Shown in pieces: positions 1 through 14,969 of a stretch of 64,000 nucleotides of DNA. The stretch lies in the NCBI RefSeq assembly GCF_009914755.1, contig NC_060930.1; one strand, 5' to 3'. The notes beneath the pieces are model-generated. The model did no database searches. It saw nothing but the letters and a program-made list of their open reading frames with translations, and was not told where the DNA came from. Made by a program: the position numbers and the translations under genes. The DNA comes from the human T2T-CHM13v2.0 reference genome, Homo sapiens. Each line of letters opens with the position of its first letter. Positions within the stretch are counted from its first letter, which is position 1.

Positions 1-602
1 AGTGCAGCTGGAAGAATTAAATGAAAAATTGCATGTACTTTATCAAACCACAGAGAAGCATGCGAAGGTGAAGAGTGGTATTGCTTGTAGCAGACCATAA
101 GACAGGACAATTAAACTAAGCTCAAGAGCTAAGGAGGAAGGTTCCAGAGCGGTCTTTCCTTTCATTCTGATGGTGTTTCTCTCCCCTCTGTACCACCAGA
201 ACAATGTTCCATGTGCCTTCGAACATGAAGGATGACATTACATAACACTAATATGTATTACATTTAAAAGTTTAAAATGTTTATTCTCATGTTTGCTACA
301 CACAATGTGGACACTTGCTTGGACTGACAAAGTCTTCATATCACCTAGAAAATTATAATGAACAGGGACTAATTACTACAATTGTGAATAAATCCAGCTA
401 TTGTGACAGGCAAAGAGAATTCATGGCTCTAAATATGGACATGTTTAATTTAATATTTGTATACTAATCAAATTATCTTTGGGGATGCATACATTTGTTT
501 CTTTTAGGAAAAATCCATATCCTAAGAATATCATCAATTTTCCATTCATTCCTAAATTGAAGCTTCTATGACTTTATTTTTTAAATTGCTTAAAATCCTT
601 CA

Positions 603-959
<357 letters not shown>

Positions 960-3654
960 CTATTTTATCATTCAAGGCTTTGCACTGTTTTTGCACACAA
1001 AATTTAAAAGACTTGTCCGTACTTTAAAGATATTCATAATCTGTGACCTTAGGATGAAGGATTATAAAGAAAGGCATAGATGAAAAATTGTGTCCAAAAA
1101 TATCCTTTGTAGTATTACTCATGACTGCATAATGTTAGAGATAAATTAACCTAATAATGAGAGTCTGGCAAGTCAATTTGATAGATTATTGTGATGGAAG
1201 CTATTTTAAAATGTTTTCGACAATATTGAATTACATTAGAAAAATGCTAGTACTCTAGTGTACAAAGCAGGATACGCTGTGCACATCCACATACAGGAAT
1301 AGAAACTGATTCACACAAGTGCCAGTAATGACTATTTCTGGGTTACAAAACAGGATGATCACTTCATTCTTTGTGACTTTCTATATTTACCAAGTGATTT
1401 TGTAAATAATTAGTAGATACTCATTTTATATTCAGAAGTAGCTAAATGTATTTAAAAGAGCAATAATTGGACTTCATCAGCATGGCAAGTATAGTTTTCT
1501 GCTTTCCAAATATCTCTAGAATTCTGGGAATAGTATCTCTCCATCTAAATTTTGAATTTTGGGTGTTTGGAGATTTTATTGTTGTTGTTGTTGTTGTTTT
1601 GTACAATGGACCCAAATGGAGGCCCAATTGCTAGTAAGATCAGGTCAGCACCAGGACAGATACTGGTTGTTGCTCTGCCTTAGAAGGCCTCCAAGTCTTG
1701 CTAACATCTGGATATCAGGAGTTCAGCTCATTGCTCTACACTCAGATCCTAGCTGAAGTCATCTGTGGTCAAACCCAGAGTTTGGACCATTTTCTATTTG
1801 ATTTCACTTTTTATGCAAGATCCCGTGGCTTGGCTGAAGGCAACTCTTTAACTGTACATGCAGCTGCAATTACTTACACTCCACTTAAAGCTTTCCCACC
1901 AACTTCTCCAATCTTATAAACACTGAAAGCTGAAAGAGACTCAGAGATCCTCTGGCCCAACTGTTTATTTTATTGATAAGAAAATTTGCGTAGAAAATTT
2001 GAAAAGTTGCCTGAAACCACATGATGCACAGAGCCAGCACCAGATCCCCTAATGCCTAGACTACTGCTTGTTCTACCTATTACAACTTCCCCTTTGTTTT
2101 CGTAATATTTTAATCACAAGCTTAAAACTCAATGGGGTAGCTCCATTTTGAGGTATTATAAAGGAGAATTTGTATATTTTAAATCAAGTTTTAATCATTT
2201 ATTCTAGAAGGAAGTTTGATAATGAAAAATACTTTTAGGTTGAGCTTTGAATATTAAACATAAACACAACAAAACTACTTCTCCTTGCTCTTTATGTTAC
2301 TGGAATTGTATCACAAACCCATCACTTTAGTTTTTCTTCCCATTCTCTGTTGCTGTCTAACGAGAAAGGATGAAAAGCCCTACTTAAGTTTTATGGTTTC
2401 AAATGCTACTTTGATTTTGTATCAATAGGTAATTTCAGTTCTTCGTTTCCTATTTTCCTTTGCATGAGACGAATGCAGAAATCAGGCTAACATACCAAAC
2501 CATCCTAAACTGAGGTCTTTCATGGTAATGGGAAATGTTTTTCCAAAATAAGCACAGAAGCTAATAAAATTATGGAGGCTGAACACTGGCATGGTTGATA
2601 TGTACTTAGAGACACTGGAATAATTATTAACCTATTTGCAAACAATTGAGAACATGTAACAGTGTCAGAACCCTTCCCTTTAAGGAGATATACCTCTAAA
2701 AAAAAATTGTGAATTCTAGTGCCAAAGTTGTAAGTAGACACAGAAAAATGAATTGAAATTAAGTTAAAGGAAAATGTTATATTAAAAAAAATTACTTGAC
2801 ACCGTATAGGTTGAATTTGAGAAAAAAATAAATAATGTAAATATTATGGTATACGCATAAGCAAAAAAACAGGTTTTTCCCTTTTTTTAAGTCTAGAACT
2901 CATGATTTTATTATAATGGTCGTTAGATTGCTCTTAGATTCTCCTAATATCCAGCCTGTCTTGCTTCATCTCTGTTAGCCCAGAGTCCTAGTTTACTCAG
3001 AGTAAATGTTACACCTAGATCAAAGAGCATGAACCTGCAGTGGGAGGATATTCAAGGACTGAATTCTGCTCTGCCATTCCCAAATTGAGTAAACCAGGTA
3101 AAGTTTCAAAAACTCTTAGGGCTTTCACTGTTTCATAGGAAGAATTGGGATAATGTTACTTCACTGGGCAGTTTGGAGTGAAAACAAAAGTATGAGACAT
3201 GCCTCGTAAATTGCAAAGTGTTATATGTTGTATAATATTCTAGATACTAGCAACAGCAATAATAATAAACAGTCACAATATTGGCAGTCTAGCCCTCTCA
3301 GATCCATAAATACAGGCCAACAGCAAATGAAATGTATTTCTATAAAAGTGCCTTTGATTGGTTGTTAAATTGGTTTTAAATGTTTCTTTTTTAAAGTGGA
3401 TTCTTCTGGCCTGGAATCCTCAAGATGAGTGGGGAGGAGTTCACCAGAAAACATAGAAGCAATTCCTTCAGTGTTAGAAAAACTGAGGGCCCTCTCATCA
3501 TCTGCCTATCTTTCTGAGAAATTGGTGCTGACCACAATGTCCCTGGGTGCCTTTTCTTAGCTGTACAATGAGGGCAACAAGCTAGGTGATCTCTACAAGC
3601 GTACAATTTTCTTGCCTTCAGTCTTATTCATAACTTTGGTCATGTTCTCCTTTT

Positions 3655-3975
3655 CTTTTATTATTATTATTTTTTTGAGACAGAGTCTTACTCTGTCACC
3701 TAGGCTGGAGTGCAGTGGTATGATCTCAACTACTGCAACCTCTACATCCTGGGTTCAAGCAATTCTCCTGCCTCAGCCTTCTGAATAGCTGGCACGCGCA
3801 CTATGCATGCGCATAGGTGCACGCGCCGCTACGCCCTGCTAATTTTTGTATTTTTAGTGGAGACAGGGTTTCACCATGTTGGCCAGGCTGGTCTCAAACT
3901 CCTGACCTCAAGTGATCTGCCCGCCTCAGCCTGCCAAAGTGCTGGGATTACAGGCGTGAGCCACCAGGCCCGGCC
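3655..3975 (-). mobile_element. AluS
   Basis: Full dimer; TSD atgttctccttttc. Confidence 0.95.
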
Positions 3976-4134
3976 ATGTTCTCCTTTTCCTGAGAGACCA
4001 TTTCAAATTCATATAGAAGTCTGAAAAGACTCGTTAGCCACAGTCCCAAACACAAATCTTGTCAGTTCTGATCAGTATTTCATTCCACAGCCAATCCCAG
4101 TCTGACTAATCACAGCATCACAGTTAATACTCAC

Positions 4135-4550
4135 AGCGTCCTTGGAGAAATGACCATTGTCCACAGTGTCCATTGGTACCAGTGGCTTCTCAAGCCTTGC
4201 CCTAGGGTCTTCATTGAATCAGTTATCTTTTTCAGAGAGTCTCTTCATTTTGGAATTAGGCAATATTACCAGATGGAGATCCTTATGTTGCTGTTAATGT
4301 CTTTTCTCTGACTTCTCCTAAAACTGTTCCCTCCCCTTAATGGACCTTTGGTAAGTTAGTAATAATCCTTCTACCCAAAAAGAAGAAAAGCACTTACCTT
4401 CACCATTAAACCAGTATTTTAAGCCCTAGACTATAAGGCTAACTTGGAAAAGGAGGGAGTTTTCTGTCCCTTCTTCCCTTTCAAATACTTTTGCAGATTT
4501 TTACAGGGATAAATAGTGAGCCACGTGGCAGTCAGACGGCAACAGGTTTG
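4135..4550 (-). other. SLC17A2: Probable non-coding first exon of SLC17A2 (NPT3); coding exons would lie left of the window
   Basis: Unique sequence with minus-strand donors GCT|GTGAGT (4135/4134) and AAG|GTAAGT (4398/4397). Identity rests on the known gene order next to TRIM38 and my recollection of the mRNA 5' UTR. 5' end approximate. Confidence 0.65.
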
Positions 4551-4601
4551 GCCCCACTTTCTCAGAAAGCCTCGGCTTGGTTTTGCCGCTTAATTTTTAA
4601 C
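4341..4601 (-). promoter_or_regulatory. Liver/kidney-type promoter motifs: HNF1 site, E-box, HNF4/DR1-like element
   Basis: CTTAATTTTTAAC 4589-4601 (two mismatches to GTTAATNATTAAC); CACGTG 4522-4527; TGGACCTTTG 4341-4350. Confidence 0.5.
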
Positions 4602-5337
4602 TTCATTTTCAAGTTCTCACTGTTAGAGTATCTCAAAAGATGTCATCGTGTGTTTCTGCTTTGAACTGTGCATACAACCATTCAGTCAACAAGCCTTTTT
4701 TTCTGAAAGCAAGGGGGCATGGTGTGGAGGAAAGGGCAGGGCTCCTGAAATCAGTGATGGAGTCAGACCCATATTCACTTCCTAGTGTTTTCCCTGAGCT
4801 TGGACAAGTCACTGAACCTCTTTGAATTGGCTTCCGCTTTAGTAAAGCAAGGATTGTGTTACTGTACTCATGGGGTTATTGAACAAATGAAATACATATT
4901 CTAATTGGTAGTAGCTCCTCAATAAATGAGGTGTTCATTCCTCTTCAGGAGTTCAGTTAAGTCAGCTAGATTTTCCATATGCATTTGGTGCCCACAGCCT
5001 AATGAATGTGAACTGTGACTGCCCTGGCAACTTCCCAGGAAGCTGCCTTGTACCCCTCCTTCCTGTTTCATATCATCCATGTCTTCCCTAATCCATTTTC
5101 TGCTTGGCTCCCGACTCTTGGAATTGTGTCCTATTTGTAATCATTAATTTTGAGACTGTGGTTGCTATTGGATCTTCCTAGTGTGACGCAACCCTTATAA
5201 AATGAAGTGAGAGCCTTCCCTCTCTGGCTTATCAGCTTCAGACTTCCTTAATTGAGTTCCGCCATCCTAGTGAGTCTCACCATACTCCCGAAATAACCTG
5301 CTGGAGTAGGCTTATCCTACTCAACTCCTCAGATCTC

Positions 5338-5824
5338 TGTATTTAATTCTATTTTATTGCTGTTGTAGTAAATTACCACAACTGTGATGGCTTGAAACAA
5401 CACAAAATTATTTATTTATTTACAGTTCTAAAGGTCAGAAGTCCAAAATGGGTTTCACTGAGCCAAAATCAAGGTATTGGCAAGGTTGTGCCCCCTCCAG
5501 AGGCTTTAGGGGAAAATCCATTTCTTTTTCTTTTCAGCTTGTAGTGACCACTGCATTTTTTGGCTCTTGGCCTTTCCTCCACCTTAAAGCCAGCAGTGTA
5601 ACATCTTGAAGTATTTTTCTCTTATTCTGACTCTTCTGCCTGTCTCTTATAAGGACCCTTGTGATTACACTAGGGCCCATCTGCAAAATTCAGGAAAATC
5701 TGCCCATCTCAAAATTCTTAACTTATTAAACATGTAAAGTCCCTTTTGTCATATAAGGTAATATATTTACAGGTTCTGGGGATTAGGACATGGATATCTT
5801 TGGAGGACAACATTCAGCCTACCC
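5338..5824. mobile_element. MLT1 (MaLR) LTR
   Basis: aaattaccacaac...acagttctaaaggtcagaagtccaaaatgggtttcactg...gattaggacatggatatctttgg. Confidence 0.8.
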
Positions 5825-5949
5825 TTTTGAGGGATAGAGGGGTAGCAGGAAGAGTTGAAACAATTCCTTCCTTTCTTTATTTAAAAATTCTGGTTATTGA
5901 TTTATTATAGTTATCATGTGCCTGATAAGCCAATGAAAATAGTTATAAT

Positions 5950-6217
5950 GGCCAGGGGCAGTGGCTCATGCCTGTAATCCCAGGACTTTGGGAGGCTGAG
6001 GCAGGAGAATCGCATAAGCCCAGGAATCCAAGACCAGCCTTAGCAACATAGGGAGATCCCGTCTCCACAAAAAAATGCAAAAATTAGCTTGATGTTGTGG
6101 CACATGCCTATAGTCCCAGCTACTCAGGAGGATTGCTTGAGCCCTGGAGTTCAAGGCTGCAGTGAGCTGAGATTGCACCACTGCACTCCAGCCTAGGCAA
6201 TAGAGCAAGACCCTGTC
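5950..6217 (+). mobile_element. AluJ
   Basis: J-type gaggattgcttgagcc and gaggctgcagtgagc. Confidence 0.9.
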
Positions 6218-6252
6218 AGAAAGAAAAAGAAAGAAAGAAAGAAAGAAAGAAA

Positions 6253-6318
<66 letters not shown>

Positions 6319-6371
6319 AGAAAGAAAGAGAAAGAGAGAAAGAAAGAAAGAGAGAAAGAGAAGAAAGGAGA
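6218..6371 (+). repeat. (GAAA)n / GA purine microsatellite derived from an Alu tail
   Basis: About 150 nt of A/G only. Confidence 0.95.
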
Positions 6372-6692
6372 ACTTTCTTGGCTTAATTTACCCAAAAGGT
6401 ATGATATTTTCTTAATTTGCATAAGGCAGAGCATGAGCTGATACCAGTTCTGGTAGAAAAAGTAGGTGAGACTGGATCCCCCAAACAAGAGTAAATATTT
6501 AATATAATAAGGAAAGAGTGGCCGAAAGTATTCAATGCCACAAGTAAGATTCAGAGTAGATTTTTCAAACTGCATAATTTGTTTAAAAAGCATAATTTTA
6601 TAGCTGGATTTTGCAAGCTCTCTGAGGGGATCTTGTTCATTTTGAGAATCACTATATCCACAATTCTTGGCACAGTGTCTGTCCTATGGTGT

Positions 6693-7041
6693 GTGCTATG
6701 ATCCAAATGTCTGTATCCTCTCAAAACTCATGTTGAAATCCTAACCCACAAAGTGATAATATTAGAAGGAGGGGTCTTTGGGCAGTAGTTATACCATGAG
6801 GGCAGAAACCTCATCACTAGGATTAGTGTCCTTATAAAAGAAACCCAAGGAAGTTTATTCAACCCTTCTGCCATGTTAGGACTCAGCAAAAAGATGGCTA
6901 CCTGTCCTCACCAGACACTAAATTTGCCAGGGCCTTAATCTTAGACTTCCCACCTCCAGAACTGTAAGAAATAAATTTTTTGTTGTTTATAAGTCACCCA
7001 GTTTATGATATTTTGTTACAGCAGTCTGAACAGACTAAGAC
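6693..7041 (+). mobile_element. MLT1A/MST-type MaLR LTR inside an L2 3' end
   Basis: tgctatg...catgttgaaatcctaaccc...aacagactaagaca; flanks read as an L2 tail (aataaac...tgaatgaatga). Confidence 0.75.
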
Positions 7042-7311
7042 AGTACACGCTTAATAAACATTAGTTTACTGAATGAATGAATTCTTGCATTGCTTCACCA
7101 CCAACAATCAAGATCTCTGTAGCTGGTTTAACCCCCTCACTCCCAATCATGATTTTCATATAACAAAGTTAACTCAGTTAAATCAACTCAATAAGGTATA
7201 CATTTAATGAAATTAAAGAAGTTGTAACATTTATAAACATCAAGAGTAATGTAGAAGAAAAGTCCAGAGATCCTTAAAAATTTAAGCCTCTCTGGCCTGA
7301 CATTAACAGCT

Positions 7312-7600
7312 AAGGCAGGAACAGAAAACCAAACACCTCATGTTCTCACTTATGAGTGGGAGCTGAACAATGAGAACACGTGGACACAGGGAGGGGAACA
7401 ACACTCACTGGGGCCTGTTGGGGGAGGATGGGGTGGGGGTGTGGGAGAACATTAGGTAAAAGAGCTAATGCATGCTGTACTTAATACCTAGGTGATGGGT
7501 TGATAGGTGCAGCAAATCACCATGGCACACGTTTACCTATGTAACAAACCTGCACATCCTGTACATGTACCCAGGAACTTAAAAAATAATAATTTTTTAA
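7312..7600 (+). mobile_element. L1PA 3' end (5'-truncated)
   Basis: catgttctcacttatgagtgggagctgaacaatgagaacac...gtaacaaacctgcacatcctgtacatgtaccc; TSD aacagcta. Confidence 0.9.
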
Positions 7601-7639
7601 AAAACAGCTATTTCCAATCAGAGCAGTTCAATTCCATAC

Positions 7640-7949
<310 letters not shown>

Positions 7950-9047
7950 AACATACTATATTTTTTTTTGATAAATTTTCTGTATTCTAGACATGACATT
8001 AGCTTCCGACAATATTAATTTATTAAGATCTGACCCATGACATGACTTCATAAGAGTTCAGAGTCCACTGAATGAGACCACACACAGAGACAGACAACTA
8101 GAATGAAGGATGATAAACATGAACAATACAAACTTGCACAGGTGACTAGAAAAGAACAAATGAAGACTCCTGCCAACTAGGGGTATCAGGGGAAGGCTTC
8201 CCAGGCAGAACAGGGCTGCGCCAGTCTCCATGTGTGGTATGAATAAGTCAGTAATACAGGGGAAGCACCTTCCAGAAAGAGCAAACCCGTTGAGGCTTGG
8301 TGTGAGGAATAAGAAGTGTTCAACATGACTGGGGATTAAAGTACAAAGGTATAAAGGAAATGTGGTGAACTGACTGGAAAGATAAGAATTTTTTTTAACA
8401 GTTACTTTTCCCAATAGTAGAATTAACTAGACAGGAATAGAAATGGAAAGAAGTTTTTATGTTCCCTTAGAATGAAAACTATACATTTTTTAAGAATTAT
8501 ATGAACAAGGAAAATGTGACTCAAAGGCAGAAAATGATAGAATTTTATTAAAGGGCAGAAAACAGGATCTGGCTAAATTAAACTAAGTACTCTACTATAC
8601 TATACCATATGCTATATTCTTGAATGGGAGAAGTAATACCATAAAAACTATTGATTCTTCCTAAATTAGTAAACACATTGAGTGAAAATCCAAGAGGAAG
8701 AAAGAAAAATGGAAGACAAACTGGAAATAGCCCAAATTTTCATCAGTGGAAGACTGAGTACTTTGTGATACATAGTCATTGCAGAAAAATAACACAGTTA
8801 AAAAGAATGAATCACATCTATAACATTTGACCTGAATACTTTCATATAATGTAATACATTTTTAAATGAGTAAAGCAGATACTAAGGACGTATAAAGGGA
8901 CTCCATTTTTTTCTGAATATCAATCAAGAAAATTCTATATATCTGTATCTTTGTTTACATAAGATTGTGTGAGCCATAATAGCTGTTGACTTGGGTTATC
9001 AGGTTTGGGTAAACAGTTTAGTGGTAAAAAAAAGATGTGTAAGACTT

Positions 9048-9347
9048 GGCCGGGTGCAGTGGCTCACATCTGTAATCCCAGCACTTTGGGAATCTGAGGC
9101 AGGCAGATCACTTGAGGTCAGGAGTTCCAGACCAGCTTGGCCAACATGGTGAAACCTCGTCTCTATAAAAAAACTACAAAAATTAGCCAGGCATGGTGGC
9201 GCACACCTGTAGTACCAGCTACTCAGGAGGCTAAGGCAGGAGAACCGCTTGAACCCGGGAGGTCGAGGTTGCAGTGAGGTGAGATCGCGCTACTGCACTA
9301 AGCCTGGGCAATGACAACAAAACTCCGTCTCAAAAAAAAAAAAAAAA
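9048..9347 (+). mobile_element. AluS
   Basis: Full dimer; TSD gtgtaagactt. Confidence 0.95.
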
Positions 9348-11237
9348 GTGTAAGACTTAGCAAAAAGGTGACCAAAAAAAAGCAACATTTATAAACTATG
9401 GATGTAAAACTCTATGTACGTGTGAGTGTGTATACATGTGTGAATATACATAGGATACATTTTTGTCTGTATGTGTATATGTACATACATGCATGTATGT
9501 GTATGTGTGTGTATATATACAAGCTTTTTTAAAATGTTTTCAACAATATTGAATTACATTAGAAAAATGCTAGTACTGTAGTGTACAAAGCAGGATGCGT
9601 TGTGCACATCCACATACAGGAATAGAAACAGATATATACATACACACACACTACACACACCCCTATACCTACACCAAATATACATTGAGAGAGAGAGATA
9701 GAGAAAATAATAACTAAGGTAGTTAATTCTGGCCACAAGGATTTTTAGATGAATCTGACTTTCTTCCTTAGGTTTTTTTTGTATTGTTTAAAGTTTCACA
9801 CAAATAGCATTTATTTACTGTATAATCATAAAAGGCAAAAACCTATTTTGATTTTAGGAAAACACAAAGCATCCAAACCAAAAATCTCAACTTAGGAAAT
9901 AGCGGGAAATCTAGGGAAGTCAACAGGACCAGGTCATGACGGTCTTTTATGCAATGTCCAGGAGCTTGAACTTTATCTTGTCGTTCCTATATTTCCTCAA
10001 AACAAATGTGTGTGGACGCAGAAATGGAAATGCACAGCAGTGCACTGAGGTCACATGAAAAATACAAAACAGTTTTTCTGAAGTACTAACTTCACTCAAA
10101 ACTTCGGGAAACATTTTAAAAATGGTTTTAAACAAATTTGACTAAATTTGACAAATTTAGTCAAATGCAAAATTTTCATTTTTAAAAGGAAATAAATTTT
10201 AGAGGAAAAAACAGATGTGAAAAAGAATACATGAAATAGTACATGAAGGAATACATGCACGTGGCATACACTTGAATCCATGTATATGCCAGGTTTTCTT
10301 GTGTTGCACACAAGACCAACTCTGAAGTTAAAGATAACCCAGTAGAAAAAATTAAATGATGGGGAGTAATTAAAATGTTTTCAGCAGGAGTAGGACATGA
10401 TTTTTATATTTAGACTGTTTAGTCGGCTAGTTATGTCTGATGGATAGAAGTGAGGACACTCCTAATTGAAAAGTAAGTGCTACTAAGAAACTCAACGTGG
10501 GGGTCATAGAATGAAGCCAGACTTTTGTTCCCAAGCAGGAGACAGATGCAGATAAGAGGGAATGAAGATGAAGTAAGGGCTGAACCACAGAAGCTTCACA
10601 TCATAAGTCATTGTATTTCTCTGAGTGAACATCATAGAACTTATTTACTATCTGGTCACAAAATGCCACTGACATGAAAAGAAATCAGGTTGAAATGGCT
10701 CTAGACCAAGATTCCCAAGACATCAAGAAATCACCAAAAGTTGCCTCAGGTTCACAAAAAAAGATATTCCAAGGGAGTTCTCCAAGTAAGTAAACACTCA
10801 TTATTTCTATAAGGCTTAGGCCACAAGACCTTGGCTGAGACCCCTGTCTCTGTGATCTGGTCTGTACCACATTGGAAGGGCCATGACTGATTTCTACCTA
10901 GACATTTAAGGCTGAACGGAGGCTGAAGAACCTCTTGCTTGCTTTCCCATAGACTCACATCTGATAACAGCCCTCATCTTAGGCCCCAGAGGGCAAGAAG
11001 AGGTTAAGAAGGATCAACCAAAGGTAAAGTACACCAAGAAAAGAGCAGCTCTTTGGTTAGAATTTTAAGATAAAGAGAGACACATAAAAGCTACTGTTGA
11101 AAAATAACAGAAGGAACAACGTTTTATCTAATCAATAGATGGAACAAGACAATAGAGGACCATCTCAACAATAACCTAGAATACCATGGAAGACAGACAT
11201 AAATCATCTGTATTTGTCCTGCTCAAGACTTGCCATA

Positions 11238-11810
11238 TGCCAGGTATGGTGGCTTATACCTATAATCCCAGAACTTTTAGGCTAAGGCAGGAGAATTGCT
11301 TGAGCGCAGGAGTTCCAGACCAGCTTGTCTCTACAAAGTTCTCTGGGGGTTTTTTTTCGTTTGTTTGTTTTTTAGGCAGGTGTGATGGCACACACTTGTG
11401 GTCCCAGCTACTCAGGATGCTGAGGTGGGAGAACAGATTGATTCTGGGAGGTCAAGGCTGCAGTGAGCTATGATTGCTCCACTGCACTCCACCCTGGGTG
11501 ACAGGAACTGCAGACAGCCTCTAGAAGTTGAATCAGCCTCTACCAAGAAGCTTCTACCGGTGCAAAGAACTGAATTTTTCAACAAACCTGAGGGAGCTTG
11601 GAAGTGGAAATTTCCACAATCAAGCCTCTGATGAGAATTCAGACTCAGCCAACACCTGGATTGCAGCCACATGAGGCTTGAAGCAGGGAACCCAGTTAAG
11701 CCATGTCAGAACTTCTATCCACAGACCTTAGGTAATAATAAATGTGTGTTGCTTTAAGCCACTAAGTTTTTGCTAATTTGTTTTGTAACAATTATATATA
11801 ACTAGTACAC
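11238..11810 (+). mobile_element. AluJ (to about 11503) followed by an MLT1 fragment
   Basis: Alu arms, then cagccaacacctggattgcagcc...aataaatgtgtgttgctttaagccactaagttt. Confidence 0.75.
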
Positions 11811-12335
11811 ATGAATAGTAGAATCTAATATCAGCCATTGACTTCAATGAAGGAAAAAACAGATGTGAAAAAGAATACATGAAATAGTACATGAAAGAAT
11901 ACCTGTACATGGCATACACTTGAATCCATGTATATGCCAGGCTTTCTTGTGTTGCACACCCAGACCAACCCTGTAGTTAAAGATAACACAGTAGAAAAAC
12001 TGAAGAGTTACTGAGAGTAATTAAAATGTCTTAAGCAGGAGTGGGGCATGATTTTTATTTTTAGACCGTTTAGTCTGCTAGTTATATCTGATGGTTAGAA
12101 GTGAGCCTATCTCTGGTCCCATGTTCTTAGAGAGAGTACTTTTATCTCTTTATCCATCTAACATCTCTAATTTATGTAACATCCCAAGTCCTCATTAATC
12201 CTGTGTTATTGCTGTTGGAAGTCCATCTATCCCCTCAAGAACAGAGCCTGAAATTCCTCTTTGAAAAATTTCCATTCATCATAATCTCAAATTTCTCCAA
12301 TGTCATTTTCCACCTAAATTTCATGTGTGACTTGA

Positions 12336-12709
<374 letters not shown>

Positions 12710-14125
12710 TAGACCTCATCCTACCCAGCTCACGTGTCTTTTAATCCTTTAGCTGAGGTTGTAGTTTTAACTTATTGCTGCTTGAACCTATTTCAATGCA
12801 AAAGTTCTAAAAGAACTCAGCCACCAAAATTCCCTTGATTTGCTGCACTGTACCAAATATTAGTCTTAATGAAATACAAGATTTGTTTCAGGATCTCAAG
12901 CCCAATATTTTCAACTGTAGGCTTCCCAGTATCCAAGGTTTACGCAGGAGATTGGCAGTGGGTACATTCCCAGGGTCAGTGGTTTTTATCCAGGAAGGAA
13001 CCTCAGAATCACCTGGGGAATTTTAGCAACATACACACCAGTGTTCTCAGGAGTGAGGCTCAGGTATGTGGATGGCAACAATACTTCCCTTATCAAAAAG
13101 CTGCCACCACACCAGACAAATGAAAACTGCTCTTTAATTATACAGCTTGGCCTTACCTAATGGTTCTCAATTTTGGATGGACATTCAAATCACAAGGGTA
13201 GTTGGTTTTTTTTGTTTTGTGTTGTTGAGACAGACTCTCACTCTGTCGCCCAGGTTGGAGTGCAGTGGCGCCATCTCGGCTCACTGCAACCTCCACCTCA
13301 TGAACGTAGTTTTAAACAGCACTAGTGCCTAAACCAGACTCCAGAGATCATGATCCCTAATCCTATCCCTACCCTGTGGTACTCATTCTGAGATATGCCC
13401 TGGGTAATAAGAATTTTAGAAGGTACTCAGGTGATTCTAATGTTCAACCAGTCTGAGAACCATTCGCAGACTTCATATAGATACTTTATTCCAAACAGCT
13501 GAGCTGGACCATAGCTAGAAGAAGGAATAGAGATGAATGAGAGTTCATATTTTCCATAGAAAGCCGCTGCCCTCTTCTAAATGTGAATGGAAGTTCTGGA
13601 GACCCCATCCTAAGGTAGACAGATGACAGATACACTGGAGAATGCTGAAGGAAGCAGATAGGAGTCTAGGCTTTAGACCACACCTTCCAAGACGTACTAC
13701 TCATGCCTGATGAAGTATTACCAAACATACCCCTGGGCCAATAAACAAAGCAGGAGCAAATGTGTTTGTGTGTGTATAACTTTCTACACAAAATACAGAA
13801 AAAAGTGATTCAATGTTCAGCATAAATAAAATTTTGTGTTTTAGTATTGTTTTATTTCAAAGTACATCTTGGTGAGAATGCATTATTTTGAACTGGATAA
13901 AAGCCCCCCACTACTGAATCCCAGGTCTCTCTATGAAGCCTGAATAGAGGCACTGTAACTCTAATGGCCAAAGGGCTGGCCTGGAAATTCTCCCTTCAGC
14001 TGCAAAAAGAGAAAAAGAATAATCCAAGCAAACAAACAAAACAAACAAATGAGCAAACCACTACAACACAAAACCCTTGGGATGAGATGAGTACTAGACT
14101 GGGAAAGTGATAGCTCTGGTATTCA

Positions 14126-14129
<4 letters not shown>

Positions 14130-14184
<55 letters not shown>

Positions 14185-14185
14185 G
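14130..14185. repeat. Compound (TG)n(AG)n microsatellite
   Basis: Direct read. Confidence 0.95.
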
Positions 14186-14341
14186 CACATGAGAGCACAC
14201 ACAAGACCCTATAGAGGAACCAAGTAGCTTATCTTCTTCCTTGGATTCCTCTATCTCATAGCCTAGAAGACATGGGGTGATCCTAGCCCCTGGTAGTGTA
14301 GGACAAGGTAGAGTGGGACTGTGGTTTTAAAATACTTTTTA

Positions 14342-14969
<628 letters not shown>

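Noticed and set aside
1600-1920. Unique segment in SLC17A2 intron 1 with a minus-strand donor-like GTAAGT near 1872-1877 and short liver-factor-like motifs
   Set aside because: No convincing acceptor or frame, and the motifs are too short to support an exon or enhancer call.
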